A DNA stretch of 64,000 bases, taken from the NCBI GenBank assembly GCA_964539385.1, contig CAZIJC010000003.1, positions 1,503 through 65,502 of the forward strand. Reading direction: 5' to 3'. The stretch comes from an uncultured Anaerolineales bacterium. Lineage in GTDB: Bacteria > Planctomycetota > Phycisphaerae > FEN-1346. Both the position numbers and the translations under genes were made by a program. Shown in pieces: positions 47,326 to 56,079 of the stretch (positions are counted from its first letter, which is position 1; every line of letters starts with the position of its first letter). The notes below the pieces were generated by a model that saw only the letters and a list, made by a program, of their open reading frames with translations, was not told where the DNA came from and ran no database searches.

Positions 47326-49291
47326 CGGTCTTGCCCTTTCGCTTGGCCTTGGTCCTGGCCGGCTTGGCCGGTTTTACCGGGACCGGCTTTTTCTCGAAAT
47401 CCGACTGCCTCGGCCGGGCCGGCAATTTGATGCCGAGCCGGTCGGCCAGGGCCATCTTGACCAGGCCGTGCATGTTTCCGACCAGGCGTTTGTAGCCTTT
47501 CTCATGGAGTAGGGCGGCCAGGCCGCCAAGGCCCTGTGCTCCGCAGGTCCCCACGGCCACCGCGTCGAGAAAGCCGAGGAACTTTCCAATGGTGCGCCTG
47601 ACTGTGCTGTCGGTGGTGGCCACGCCCCACAACTTGGCGCCCTGGGCGGTCTCGCGTGCCAGGTAGAGGGCGGCCAGGGTCATGGGGTCTCGCGGCAGTT
47701 TGGCCAGCACCGCTTTGGTGGCCTGCTCTTTCCACCGCAAATTGGCCATGTAGAACTTGCCGGCCGGCGTCTTTTCCCAGGCGCCCCCCCCGGCCTCGGT
47801 CTTGGCCTTCGCCTTGGCCGCCGGCTGCAACTGTCTCACCACCGGCCCGACCTTGACCCCGGCCGGCACGTGGACGGCCACGCCTTTGGCGGTCGGCTCG
47901 GCCTTGGCCGCCCGCGCCGCCTTGACCGCCGCCTCGACGGCCTGGTCGGCAAACGTGCTCTTGCGTTTGTAGCACTTGGGGTCAAGGCACTTGCCGCGGG
48001 CCAGGGTTTCGGTGTCCATGGTTGCAAAGAGGGCTGCCGCGTTCTCGGAGTTGTGCGGGCATTCGATGCAGGGCGGGCGGCCGGCAAAGGGTGCATCGAG
48101 GCGCCACCGCACGCCGTACAGGCTGCGGAGCATGTTGGCCACAAGGCGCCGGAGCCGGTCGATGGCCATGCCGCCGGTGCCGTCCTCACGCCTGGCCGCC
48201 GTCGTGGCCACGCTGCCTTGCTCGCGGGCGTCAACCAGTTTGGCGACCTCGTGGGCGTGGGCCAGCGGCAGCCGGCCGTCGATGACCAGGTTGGCCGCCT
48301 TGACGCCCAGGCGCATGAGCACGGTGCGGCCGCGCATCCACGCCACGGACTGGCCGAGCAAAGAGGCCACCTCGCGGATGGCTTCGCGCGGTATCTCGAC
48401 CGCGGCCGCGGCGGTGATCCGCCGGCCGAACTTGGCCTGGCCGGTGATGGCCTTGAGCATATTGCAGACGGCCAGCGCTTCCTCGACCGGGTTCAACTCG
48501 CCGCGGTGCAGATTCTCGATGGCCGCCAGTTGCGCTTGCCAGCCTTCCGAGCCGCCGTCAAAGACCACCGCCGGCACGGTCGTGAGGCCGGCCAGAGCGG
48601 CGGCCAGCACCCGGCGCCGGCCGTAGATGACCCGGTAAGGCGTCGGGTCACCCGCTGGCTTGGTGCGCATCAGGCCCACCGGCTCAAGCACGCCGACTTG
48701 GCGGATGCTCTCGGCCAGGGCCGTCAAGCCCTCGGTCTTGCCGGTCGGCTCAAGCCGGTGGTCCTGGGTGGGGCGTTCGATTTCTCCCAGGTCCACCAGC
48801 ATGAGACCCTCGCGGTGCAGCGTTTCGACGGCCGCCAGGACCGGGGCCGGCCGGAACTTGGGGACCCCCGCCGGCCGCCTGGCCCGAAACTTGGCCCGGT
48901 ACCTGTCGGGGTGCTTGGCCGAGCCGAACACCGTTGCCAATTCATCGAGGCCCCAGGCCAGCGCCTCTTGCTCCGTCTCGGCCGTCTCGGCGCGAATGAC
49001 GCCCGCCGCGCACGTGCTCCCGACGTCCGGGCCGGCGGCCTCGATACCCCAATGCCACCGGCCGGCCGGGGCCTCGGCCAGAAACACCTTGGCCACGACC
49101 TTGCCCCAGGACTTGGGCAGGGCGACCTTGACCGTCTTGAACTTGTCGAATACGCCGGCCGCGGTGAGGTGGTGTGCTTTCTGGCAGTCCGCGCACACCA
49201 CAAACCCGCTGTCGCGCTCTATCATTGCATGTATATCGCCGCATACCCGGCAGGCCGGACGCGGCGCCGCTGATGGTTTGGGCTTGCTCAT
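47267..49291 (-). CDS. ParB/Srx-domain DNA-binding protein with N-terminal zinc ribbon (674 aa)
   Basis: CRVCGD...CADC N-terminus; ParB N-domain (FRPAPVLAAVETLH...EPVGLMR...YRVIYGRRRVLAA); second CIECPH..C cluster; Lys-rich tail. Confidence 0.65.
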   Translation of the reverse strand: MSKPKPSAAPRPACRVCGDIHAMIERDSGFVVCADCQKAHHLTAAGVFDKFKTVKVALPKSWGKVVAKVFLAEAPAGRWHWGIEAAGPDVGSTCAAGVIRAETAETEQEALAWGLDELATVFGSAKHPDRYRAKFRARRPAGVPKFRPAPVLAAVETLHREGLMLVDLGEIERPTQDHRLEPTGKTEGLTALAESIRQVGVLEPVGLMRTKPAGDPTPYRVIYGRRRVLAAALAGLTTVPAVVFDGGSEGWQAQLAAIENLHRGELNPVEEALAVCNMLKAITGQAKFGRRITAAAAVEIPREAIREVASLLGQSVAWMRGRTVLMRLGVKAANLVIDGRLPLAHAHEVAKLVDAREQGSVATTAARREDGTGGMAIDRLRRLVANMLRSLYGVRWRLDAPFAGRPPCIECPHNSENAAALFATMDTETLARGKCLDPKCYKRKSTFADQAVEAAVKAARAAKAEPTAKGVAVHVPAGVKVGPVVRQLQPAAKAKAKTEAGGGAWEKTPAGKFYMANLRWKEQATKAVLAKLPRDPMTLAALYLARETAQGAKLWGVATTDSTVRRTIGKFLGFLDAVAVGTCGAQGLGGLAALLHEKGYKRLVGNMHGLVKMALADRLGIKLPARPRQSDFEKKPVPVKPAKPARTKAKRKGKTDGKPKRARRGGKVKARKNA

Positions 49292-49335
49292 CGTGGAACC
49301 CTTTCAGTTGGGGACCGACCTGGTGGCCGGCCCGG

Positions 49336-49602
49336 CTATGCCTTTGGCTTGCTGGCCGGGATGACCGGCATGTCATAGCCGGCGCCGCGCAGCATGGCCA
49401 GTTGCTCTTTGGTGGCATCGACCACCCCCAGGTTGTCCTTGTACGCCTGGGACGGGGTAATCCACCGGCGGGCGTTGGCCTGGTCGAAATCCACCACCAG
49501 CATGGCCCGGCCGCCGCCGGCCGCCGGCACCACCTCGGCCGATTCGATGACCTCACCTGTCTCAAACAGTACCGCCTTGGGGTCCTGCGCCATCAGTTTC
49601 AT
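49336..49602 (-). CDS. hypothetical phage protein
   Basis: Internal ATG 49602 overlaps Dam stop (ATGA). Confidence 0.4.
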   Translation of the reverse strand: MKLMAQDPKAVLFETGEVIESAEVVPAAGGGRAMLVVDFDQANARRWITPSQAYKDNLGVVDATKEQLAMLRGAGYDMPVIPASKPKA

Positions 49603-50780
49603 GCCTCGCCCTTTCCGGAATCGCCGGCGGCATTGCCGGCGGGTGTATCTTCGGTGGGAAACAAGGGGCCGGCCGTGGCCGACAGGCAATGCGGTGAAAA
49701 GTAGATGCGTTCCCGGTTACGATTGGTCCGGGCGGCCCCGTCGCCCTTGCAGCCGTATCCCCCTTGTGCCGTCCACTTGTACAGCGTCCAATTCGTCGGC
49801 ATCGCGTGCTCTCCCTCGTAGCCGCAAAGCGCAATCCGCATCCGGGGGTCGTCGCCGTGCTCGACCGCCCACGCGCGCGCGGCATCGGCGAGGGCCTGGT
49901 CGTCGCATCGGTACAGGCTGGTGCGTCGTGTTGCCTCTTTGCCATAGGGCGGGTCCAAAAACACCCCGGTCAACCCGGTGCACGTGGTCTGCGCCCGGCC
50001 GAGAATCGAATCCCATTGACCGCAATGCACCCGGACCATGCGCAGCCGGTCACAGAGCGTCCCCATCCATGCACACAAGGCAGCCAGGTGGCCCACCGAT
50101 GCCCCCAGGCCCGCGGGCGCGCCGGCTCCGAGTCCGCGCCGGCGGTTGACCCCCCGGCCACCGTCCCCGCAGTGCAGGCGCTGCCGATTGACCCCGCGGT
50201 GTGCCCGGCCGGTCTGCGGTACCTGTCTGCTGACACCGCGGCCGCCCCGCGTTTTCTTTTTCGTGACACCTTTCGGGCCCTTGCCTGTCTTGCGAAGCGT
50301 GGACGTGCCCCCCTCATTCACCACGTGCCACGGCCCCACCCCGGAGCAAAAGCCGGAACCAATCCAACAACTCATACCCCAGGCCCAGGCACCGGCTATC
50401 TCCGCATCGTAATAGGTACGGTCTGCCTCGATGCGCGCCTGCAATCCGCCAGAGACCTCGACCAACCACAAATGAATGGCGGTGAGGTCGGCGGTGCTTG
50501 GCGGCCGGTCGGCCGCCGCGGCCACTCCGTCCGGATCCGCCCGGACGGCCCGCCAGAAATTGACCACCAGGCCATCGAGGTCGTTCACGGTCTCGATGCC
50601 CGGTGCACCGGGCCGGGCGAGCAACACCGCGCCGGATCCAAAGAACGGTTCGACGTAATTGGGCACGTCGCCGAAGCGCCGCCAGACCTCGGCCGCCGCC
50701 CTGCGCTTGCTCCCGAAATACGGGAAGGGCGCTTGCAGGGCAGGGGGCGCCGCGGGCCGCTTGTGTGAACGCTTGGCCAT
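49599..50780 (-). CDS. DNA adenine methyltransferase (Dam/D12 class) with large internal insertion
   Basis: FPYFGSKRR...EPFFGSGAV (motif I) and VFLDPPY (motif IV); roughly 150-aa Gly/Arg-rich insertion between them. Confidence 0.75.
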   Translation of the reverse strand: MAKRSHKRPAAPPALQAPFPYFGSKRRAAAEVWRRFGDVPNYVEPFFGSGAVLLARPGAPGIETVNDLDGLVVNFWRAVRADPDGVAAAADRPPSTADLTAIHLWLVEVSGGLQARIEADRTYYDAEIAGAWAWGMSCWIGSGFCSGVGPWHVVNEGGTSTLRKTGKGPKGVTKKKTRGGRGVSRQVPQTGRAHRGVNRQRLHCGDGGRGVNRRRGLGAGAPAGLGASVGHLAALCAWMGTLCDRLRMVRVHCGQWDSILGRAQTTCTGLTGVFLDPPYGKEATRRTSLYRCDDQALADAARAWAVEHGDDPRMRIALCGYEGEHAMPTNWTLYKWTAQGGYGCKGDGAARTNRNRERIYFSPHCLSATAGPLFPTEDTPAGNAAGDSGKGEA

Positions 50781-50786
50781 TGGTCC

Positions 50787-51374
50787 TCATTCCCCTTGGG
50801 TGTCGCCGGCGCCGCCATCCTCTTGGCCGTCTGGTGCCGGGTCCGCTGCCAGCGGGGCCAGGGCAAACCATCCCACGTGCGTCGGCTCGGCCAGGTTGCG
50901 GTCGGCCAGGACCCCCAGGCTTTCCCTGGCCGCATTCATGGTGATGCCCAGGGCCGCCGCCACGTCGCCCGGCCCAAGGCCGCCCAGGTGTTTGCTGCGT
51001 TTGGCGTCCAACAGCATCCACGTAAGTTTGTCGATATTTGGAAGGTCTCTGCTGTGGAGCACCGCCGCCTGGACGGCGGCCCATTTGAGATTGGCGTCGT
51101 GCAGTTTCTGGCTCAAACCCACCAGGCGGCCGAATCGCTGGCGCGCGTTGTGGACCTGGTTAGCCAGGCGAATCAGCGCCGTGGCATCCCACCACCTGGT
51201 GGTCCGGGTAACTTTCACCGCGTCGGCCATGGCGTCGTATTCGGCCGGGAGTCCGGATGCCGTTACAATGGTCTGGTGCTCGACCCCGCAACCGATTACC
51301 ATCGTCTGGTCATCCACCGGGAAGGTTTCCGCCGGCCTGTCGATGACGTCCGCGTTCTGCGTGTCGTGCGTCAT
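50787..51374 (-). CDS. hypothetical phage protein
   Basis: 195 aa, ATGA-coupled to initiator gene. Confidence 0.45.
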   Translation of the reverse strand: MTHDTQNADVIDRPAETFPVDDQTMVIGCGVEHQTIVTASGLPAEYDAMADAVKVTRTTRWWDATALIRLANQVHNARQRFGRLVGLSQKLHDANLKWAAVQAAVLHSRDLPNIDKLTWMLLDAKRSKHLGGLGPGDVAAALGITMNAARESLGVLADRNLAEPTHVGWFALAPLAADPAPDGQEDGGAGDTQGE

Positions 51375-52276
51375 TTTTGTCCACCGCCTTTCGTACTGAA
51401 TGACCAGGCATCGAGTTGGTGGGCCTCACGCAACTCAAGAAACCCCCGGTCACCCAGGTCGATGACCAGGCAGTCGTTTTTGTAAACCATCGTGCCGAGG
51501 AGGCCGTCGGCCTTGCGCCGGGCAGAGACCAAGCCATGGGCCTTGAGGTCGGCGAGTCTGCGGTACAGGGCCTCTTGCTGCTGAAGATGCCAGGTGGCGG
51601 CAAACCGGAGCACGTCGGCCGTAAGGTTTTGGTGGCCCACGTCGTGCAGCGGTTTGGCGTCGATGTAGGCTGCCAGGACGTGCTCGGCGTAGGTACCGCG
51701 TGATAGGTCGCCGATGATCCGGGCCACCACGTTTTCACGGCCTTGGCGTGGGCGTTGCCTTTCGTGGAAAAGAAGCGCGAGCGACTGCCACCGCTGCATG
51801 GTGGGAGTTGTCGGGCGGGCAGGGGCACTCTTCCCTGTTGATATTCCGTGTTCTGATTCCGGTGTGTTTTCCACACCGTTTGGGGGTATGGTTTTCATAC
51901 CGTTTGCCCCATGATTTTCATACCGTTTCGGCGGATTAAAGGGTCCGCTTTCCACACCCTTTGCACCGGCCGGCTCGACGGTGGTTTCCTGGGGATAAGC
52001 CACCCAATAGTGGTGCGTGCGCCGCCGGCCGCCGCGCGACCACTCGACCACCAACAGGCCAAGGCCGACCAGGCGGTCGATGGCCTGCCGCGCCGCCTGT
52101 TTGCCGATGCCCAGGTCGGCCGCCATCGACTCGACGCCGGGCCATGCCGCCTCACCCTCGGCGCCCTGGCGATAGGCCACCAAGGCCCACACCAACTTGG
52201 CCGAGGCCGGCAGGTCACGGCGCCGGGCGAGCCACAAGGGCACCGCGAGCCAGTTGGTCGGGTCGTCTCGGCTCAT
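51371..52276 (-). CDS. replication initiator (lambda O-like) with N-terminal winged-helix and internal iterons
   Basis: N-terminal HTH-like LPASAKLVWALVAY...IGKQAARQAIDRLVGLGLL; four direct repeats inside the ORF. Confidence 0.55.
   Translation of the reverse strand: MSRDDPTNWLAVPLWLARRRDLPASAKLVWALVAYRQGAEGEAAWPGVESMAADLGIGKQAARQAIDRLVGLGLLVVEWSRGGRRRTHHYWVAYPQETTVEPAGAKGVESGPFNPPKRYENHGANGMKTIPPNGVENTPESEHGISTGKSAPARPTTPTMQRWQSLALLFHERQRPRQGRENVVARIIGDLSRGTYAEHVLAAYIDAKPLHDVGHQNLTADVLRFAATWHLQQQEALYRRLADLKAHGLVSARRKADGLLGTMVYKNDCLVIDLGDRGFLELREAHQLDAWSFSTKGGGQK
51867..51963. repeat. iteron array (candidate phage origin of replication)
   Basis: Four copies of TTT(T/C)CA(C/T)ACC(G/C)TTTG at 51867, 51891, 51914, 51948. 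Confidence 0.6.
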
Positions 52277-52665
52277 TGAGAAAACCTGGGCTGTTCACGC
52301 TTGCGCCCGGTCCGGCAGTAATCACAAATCAGGCCCCCAAGGATTTTCTTTTGCTCGGCCGGGTCTCGCAGGGCCTTTACGCTGACCACGCGGGGAGGTT
52401 GAACCGGCCTGGTGCGCGGGAATAGTGGCGCCCAACAGGTGCCAACGGTGCCATCCTGCAATGTCCGCATGGCCTGGCAGCAGTGGGTGACCGGGAGTAA
52501 CAGGCCCTTGCCGTCCACCCGCACCCAATACTGCTCGTCGGTGGTGAGCATCCACCACACGCCCCGCCATTTCTTCAACCATTGTGACCTGTGATAGCGG
52601 GTCACCTGGGGCAGCGGCCACGCCTCTTGCTGCGCGTCCTGCCCACACGCCGCAGATTCCGCCAA
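52273..52665 (-). CDS. hypothetical phage protein (Cys-containing)
   Basis: 130 aa, ATGA-coupled to initiator. Confidence 0.4.
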   Translation of the reverse strand: MAESAACGQDAQQEAWPLPQVTRYHRSQWLKKWRGVWWMLTTDEQYWVRVDGKGLLLPVTHCCQAMRTLQDGTVGTCWAPLFPRTRPVQPPRVVSVKALRDPAEQKKILGGLICDYCRTGRKREQPRFSQ

Positions 52666-52850
52666 GGAACCACCACCTTTGCGCCGCCGTCGAGTTGCAC
52701 CGTGCAGTTGCGGGGACCCGGCCCACGGCCGCGCACCAGGACCGTCCCCGTCTCGCCGTGATGAGGAAAGGCATCAGGGAGCCGCGCCACCTTGGCCATG
52801 CTGTATCGCAAGACCACCTTGGTACCAGGCTTGAACATGAGGGGCCTCAA
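52602..52850 (-). CDS. hypothetical small protein
   Basis: 82 aa. Confidence 0.3.
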   Translation of the reverse strand: MRPLMFKPGTKVVLRYSMAKVARLPDAFPHHGETGTVLVRGRGPGPRNCTVQLDGGAKVVVPWRNLRRVGRTRSKRRGRCPR

Positions 52851-53107
52851 TTCCGCCGCGGGTCCGGGGCATCGGGCAGCCGGCGCACTTCCTGCCCGGC
52901 CGCAAGGCGGTCGGCCGCCTTGCGCATGGCGGAGATCGTATCGTCCCGGTGGCAGGTCGAGATATATTGGGTGGCTGCCGGGTCATTGAACACCAGCAAG
53001 ACAAAGAGCGCGGTCTCATCGAGCACGGCCAGTTGGGCCTTGACGGCCTCGGCGCAGCACGTCATCAAAGCGGCCAGTTGTGGTTCGGTCATATCCTGTA
53101 TTCGCAT
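52847..53107 (-). CDS. hypothetical small protein
   Basis: Internal ATG MRIQDMTEPQ..., 86 aa. Confidence 0.35.
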   Translation of the reverse strand: MRIQDMTEPQLAALMTCCAEAVKAQLAVLDETALFVLLVFNDPAATQYISTCHRDDTISAMRKAADRLAAGQEVRRLPDAPDPRRN

Positions 53108-53123
53108 GGGGGGACCTTTCCGG

Positions 53124-53546
53124 TTAGAGGCCCTGCACAATCCGGCCCTCGATGGTCGGCGTGAGGGGGACCTTGACGGAGAAGATGCCGAGCCGCCCCT
53201 TGACGCGGTGTTGCTCCGACGCGGGCAAGAGCGTGGCATCGGCACACAACCATGCTTGCGCCCTGGGATAGACGGTGCAGCACGCGGCGGTCTCATCGTG
53301 CTCCGTCATGGGCCGGCAGCCGGTGACCTTGACCATGCCGACCAGGCGGCCGCGTGGGCCGCGGCCGAAACCGGCGTGCGGCCGCAAGCCCATGGCCGCC
53401 TCATCGACCTTGAGACTGGCCGCGATGAGCAACCATCCGCGGTGCCTCGTGGGCCAGGTCCGGGTTTCAATCGTCTTGATCCCGGACACCAGCATGTTGG
53501 CCCACGGTTGTTTCATGGACAGGCAGGGCAGGGTGATTAGTTCCAT
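53124..53546 (-). CDS. ASCH domain protein
   Basis: MELITLPCLSMKQPWANMLVSGIKTIETRTW typical ASCH/PUA-like start. Confidence 0.6.
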   Translation of the reverse strand: MELITLPCLSMKQPWANMLVSGIKTIETRTWPTRHRGWLLIAASLKVDEAAMGLRPHAGFGRGPRGRLVGMVKVTGCRPMTEHDETAACCTVYPRAQAWLCADATLLPASEQHRVKGRLGIFSVKVPLTPTIEGRIVQGL

Positions 53547-53654
53547 AGCGGGACCCTTCCAGTTGGGCGGGGGCGGGACGGCCGGACAACCGCCCGCGCT
53601 GGGGGCAAGGAGCATCAACCCCGGAGCGCGTTTGACCGCCCCCATATTCAGTTG

Positions 53655-53903
53655 TCAACACAAGCCAGGGTCCTGGGCGGCCGGCCTGGCGTCGGCCGGC
53701 TTGCCGTCGGCCAAGGCCAGGTAGCGGTCGGTCTTGAGCAACACCTGCCTTGGGCCGGGTTGCACCTCGGCCTCGCTGATACTCGCGCTGCCGCGCGCGA
53801 CCGCCGGCCCTGGGACCGCGATGACCTTGGGGCCGGTTCGGACTTTGACCTCGTAGTTGCCCGGCGCTTCACGCATGGCCTGCATCAATTCGTCAACCGT
53901 CAT
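53655..53903 (-). CDS. hypothetical small protein
   Basis: 82 aa, ATGA-coupled. Confidence 0.35.
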   Translation of the reverse strand: MTVDELMQAMREAPGNYEVKVRTGPKVIAVPGPAVARGSASISEAEVQPGPRQVLLKTDRYLALADGKPADARPAAQDPGLC

Positions 53904-54431
53904 GGCGGCCCTTTCCCCGGCACGATACCCTCAAAAAGTGTGGGGGTTTCGGCCGGCATTGGTTTTGCCCTGCGCCGCGGCTTTGTGCGCGCCTCAAGCA
54001 ACGCATCGACCTGTCTGTCGGTGAGGCCGGTGATGACACGGTCCGTAAGGGCCTCGATGCGATTCTCCGTCCTGGGACCGGGGGGCAGGCCCACCGCGAT
54101 GACCGCGGCGCCGAGGGCATTGTCGGCCAAGGCCGTGCCGATGGCTTTGGCCAGGGGCAGGCCGCACAGATCCACGTGCTGCCATTGCCCCCGGCCCTCG
54201 TGGTGCAGGAATACCTGGCGGATGCCGAGCCGGCGGGCCGTCGCGCGCAGGCGGTCGGCGTCGGTGTCCAACAGGTGTGCCCATGGTCCAGGCCAGGCCC
54301 GCCGGAAACAATCGGGGGCAGTTGAGGGGATATGATTGGCGCGCCACACGTGCAACGCCTGCCGCCCGCGGCGTGCCGCCTCGAGCGCCGCCGTCATGGC
54401 CGTGCAGTCAAAGCGCTGGTCATACAGGTCC
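53900..54431 (-). CDS. hypothetical protein (DUF4031-like)
   Basis: Internal ATG MDLYDQRF...; weak resemblance to DUF4031. Confidence 0.35.
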
Positions 54432-54538
54432 ATGCCGGACCTCGGCCAAACTGGTGCGGGCGCCGGATGGAGGGCACCAACCCGACGCCCGCTATTCCGA
54501 CTCCGGTGCAGGGACCGCCCCCGCAACCGGGATGCCGG

Positions 54539-54580
54539 CAAAAAAGGACGGGCGGGGCGGCGACGGCTCCCCGCCCGCTC
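54539..54580 (-). terminator. intrinsic terminator (minus strand)
   Basis: GGGCGGGG / CCCCGCCC stem then T7 on minus strand. Confidence 0.5.
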
Positions 54581-54637
54581 GTACCGATGACGAGTACCGC
54601 CAGGACCGCCCTGGCCGCCGTACCCGTTGCGGTGGGC

Positions 54638-54686
54638 AAAAAAGAGACGGAAGACCCGCGACTGGTTTCGCAGGGCCTTCCGTCTC
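54638..54686 (-). terminator. intrinsic terminator (minus strand)
   Basis: GAGACGGAAG / CTTCCGTCTC 10-bp stem then T6 on minus strand, 9 nt after stop of 54695 gene. Confidence 0.55.
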
Positions 54687-54694
54687 AACATCTG

Positions 54695-54967
54695 TTAGGC
54701 TGCCGGTTTGAGCGGATGTCGGAAAGGCCGGCTGGCCGGCGGCCGGCTCGGCGCGAGCCGCACCGGCGCCGGTTGCCTGCTGCAAAGTTCTCGGTGATAG
54801 TCGCCAACCGTGTCGCGGGCCTGATCCAGGGCCGTCTCGCGGGCCATACACCGTGGACAGACCAGGGCTACCAGCGCAGTTCCGTATGGCGCCGAGGTAC
54901 GCCAAGTGCCGGGCAGGACGTGTTCGTGCCAGTGGCCGCAGACGTGTTTGAGATTTTTTGCCACCAT
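54695..54967 (-). CDS. small Cys/His-rich protein, own transcription unit next to attR
   Basis: CGHWHEH...CPRC; followed by two terminators; last prophage gene. Confidence 0.4.
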   Translation of the reverse strand: MVAKNLKHVCGHWHEHVLPGTWRTSAPYGTALVALVCPRCMARETALDQARDTVGDYHRELCSRQPAPVRLAPSRPPASRPFRHPLKPAA

Positions 54968-55230
54968 CGTTGCTCCTCCTATGATGCGGCGAAGGCGCTT
55001 GGAGGGGCTGTGGGTCGTGGCATGGCGTGGTAGGCGCGCACGGCCTACCGGCAAGCACGAGAAACCGCAAACTTGAAACGGCCTGACATGACAGCCAGCG
55101 CGTGGGGCGTGAATGTAAAAGAAATGAGTTTGCTGCGCGGCGTACTACTTTAAGTCTACGGATATTCGCGCGACAGTCAAGCCGAACGGTCGATTTGGTT
55201 GCGAGGCCCAGGGCCGGCGTGGCCCCGCAA

Positions 55231-55258
55231 ACGTCCGATAATGAGTGTTATGTTGCGC
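55231..55258. other. dif-like site / prophage right attachment site
   Basis: ACGTCCGATAA-TGAGTG-TTATGTTGCGC: 11-6-11 layout with ATAA and TTATG inner arms as in dif sites; first 17 bp repeated at 11127. Confidence 0.5.
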
Positions 55259-55531
55259 GGAGGCTACGTGCAGGGCCAGCGGGAGGCGATTGCTCGCGCA
55301 TGTCCGCACGTCATCGAGCATGCCCATCCTGCGCTATGGCCTGGGTGCGCAAACTGGCGGCGCTCGGAGACCATTGCAGCCTGGCTACTTGAGCACCATC
55401 GTCGCGGGGTTCTGGGAAGGTTGCTTGCGCTACTGCCGGCCGAGAGAGATGAAGGATACCGGCGTACGGTAAATGGCAGGCGACCAACCGTAGGCGCGCT
55501 GCGGGCCTGGTGACGGGCGCGGTGCGTGTGC

Positions 55532-56079
55532 CTACTCGGAGTCGATGAGGTCGTCGTCGGAGATCTCGAGGACGTCGTCTTTGTGTGGCCCGCCGCCGGC
55601 GAGGCGTTCGAGACTGGCAAGGATGTCATCCTTGCCGCCTTTCTTCCCGCTCGCAGGCACGGGCCCTTTGGGTTTGGGTGCCTTGGGTTTGGGTGCCTTG
55701 GGTTTGGGTGCCTTGGGCTTGGGTGCCTTGGGTTTGGGTGCGGGCGCCGGCTTCGCGGGAGCGGCCGCCTGGGCGGGCTTTTTGCGGACGCCGTCGATCT
55801 CGACGACAAACGTCAGTGGCCCGATGCGCACCTCGTCGCCGGCTTCAAGGGTCTCTTCCTGTATCTTGGCGCCGTTGACGCATGTGCCGTTGCCGCTTCC
55901 CTTGTCGCGGATGGCGAGGTGGGCCTCACCGTTGACGATCTCGCAGTGGTGGCGTGAGACGCGTGTTGACGCGATGATTAGATCGCTGTCCTCGGCGCGC
56001 CCAACTGTGAGCGTGCCGGAAGGAATCTCCACCTGCTTCCCTTTAGGATTCCCTTTTATGAGGTGGAGTTTGGCTTCCA
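55532..56079 (-). CDS. FHA domain protein with C-terminal (KAPKP)n repeat
   Basis: FHA core TLTVGRAEDSDLII...VSRHHCEI...IRDKGSGNGTCVNG; 15-bp tandem DNA repeat x5 at 55665-55745. Confidence 0.7.

Noticed and set aside
55264-55809. 181-aa minus ORF with PNPRHP repeats
   Set aside because: Antisense translation of the (KAPKP)n tandem repeat of the FHA protein gene.
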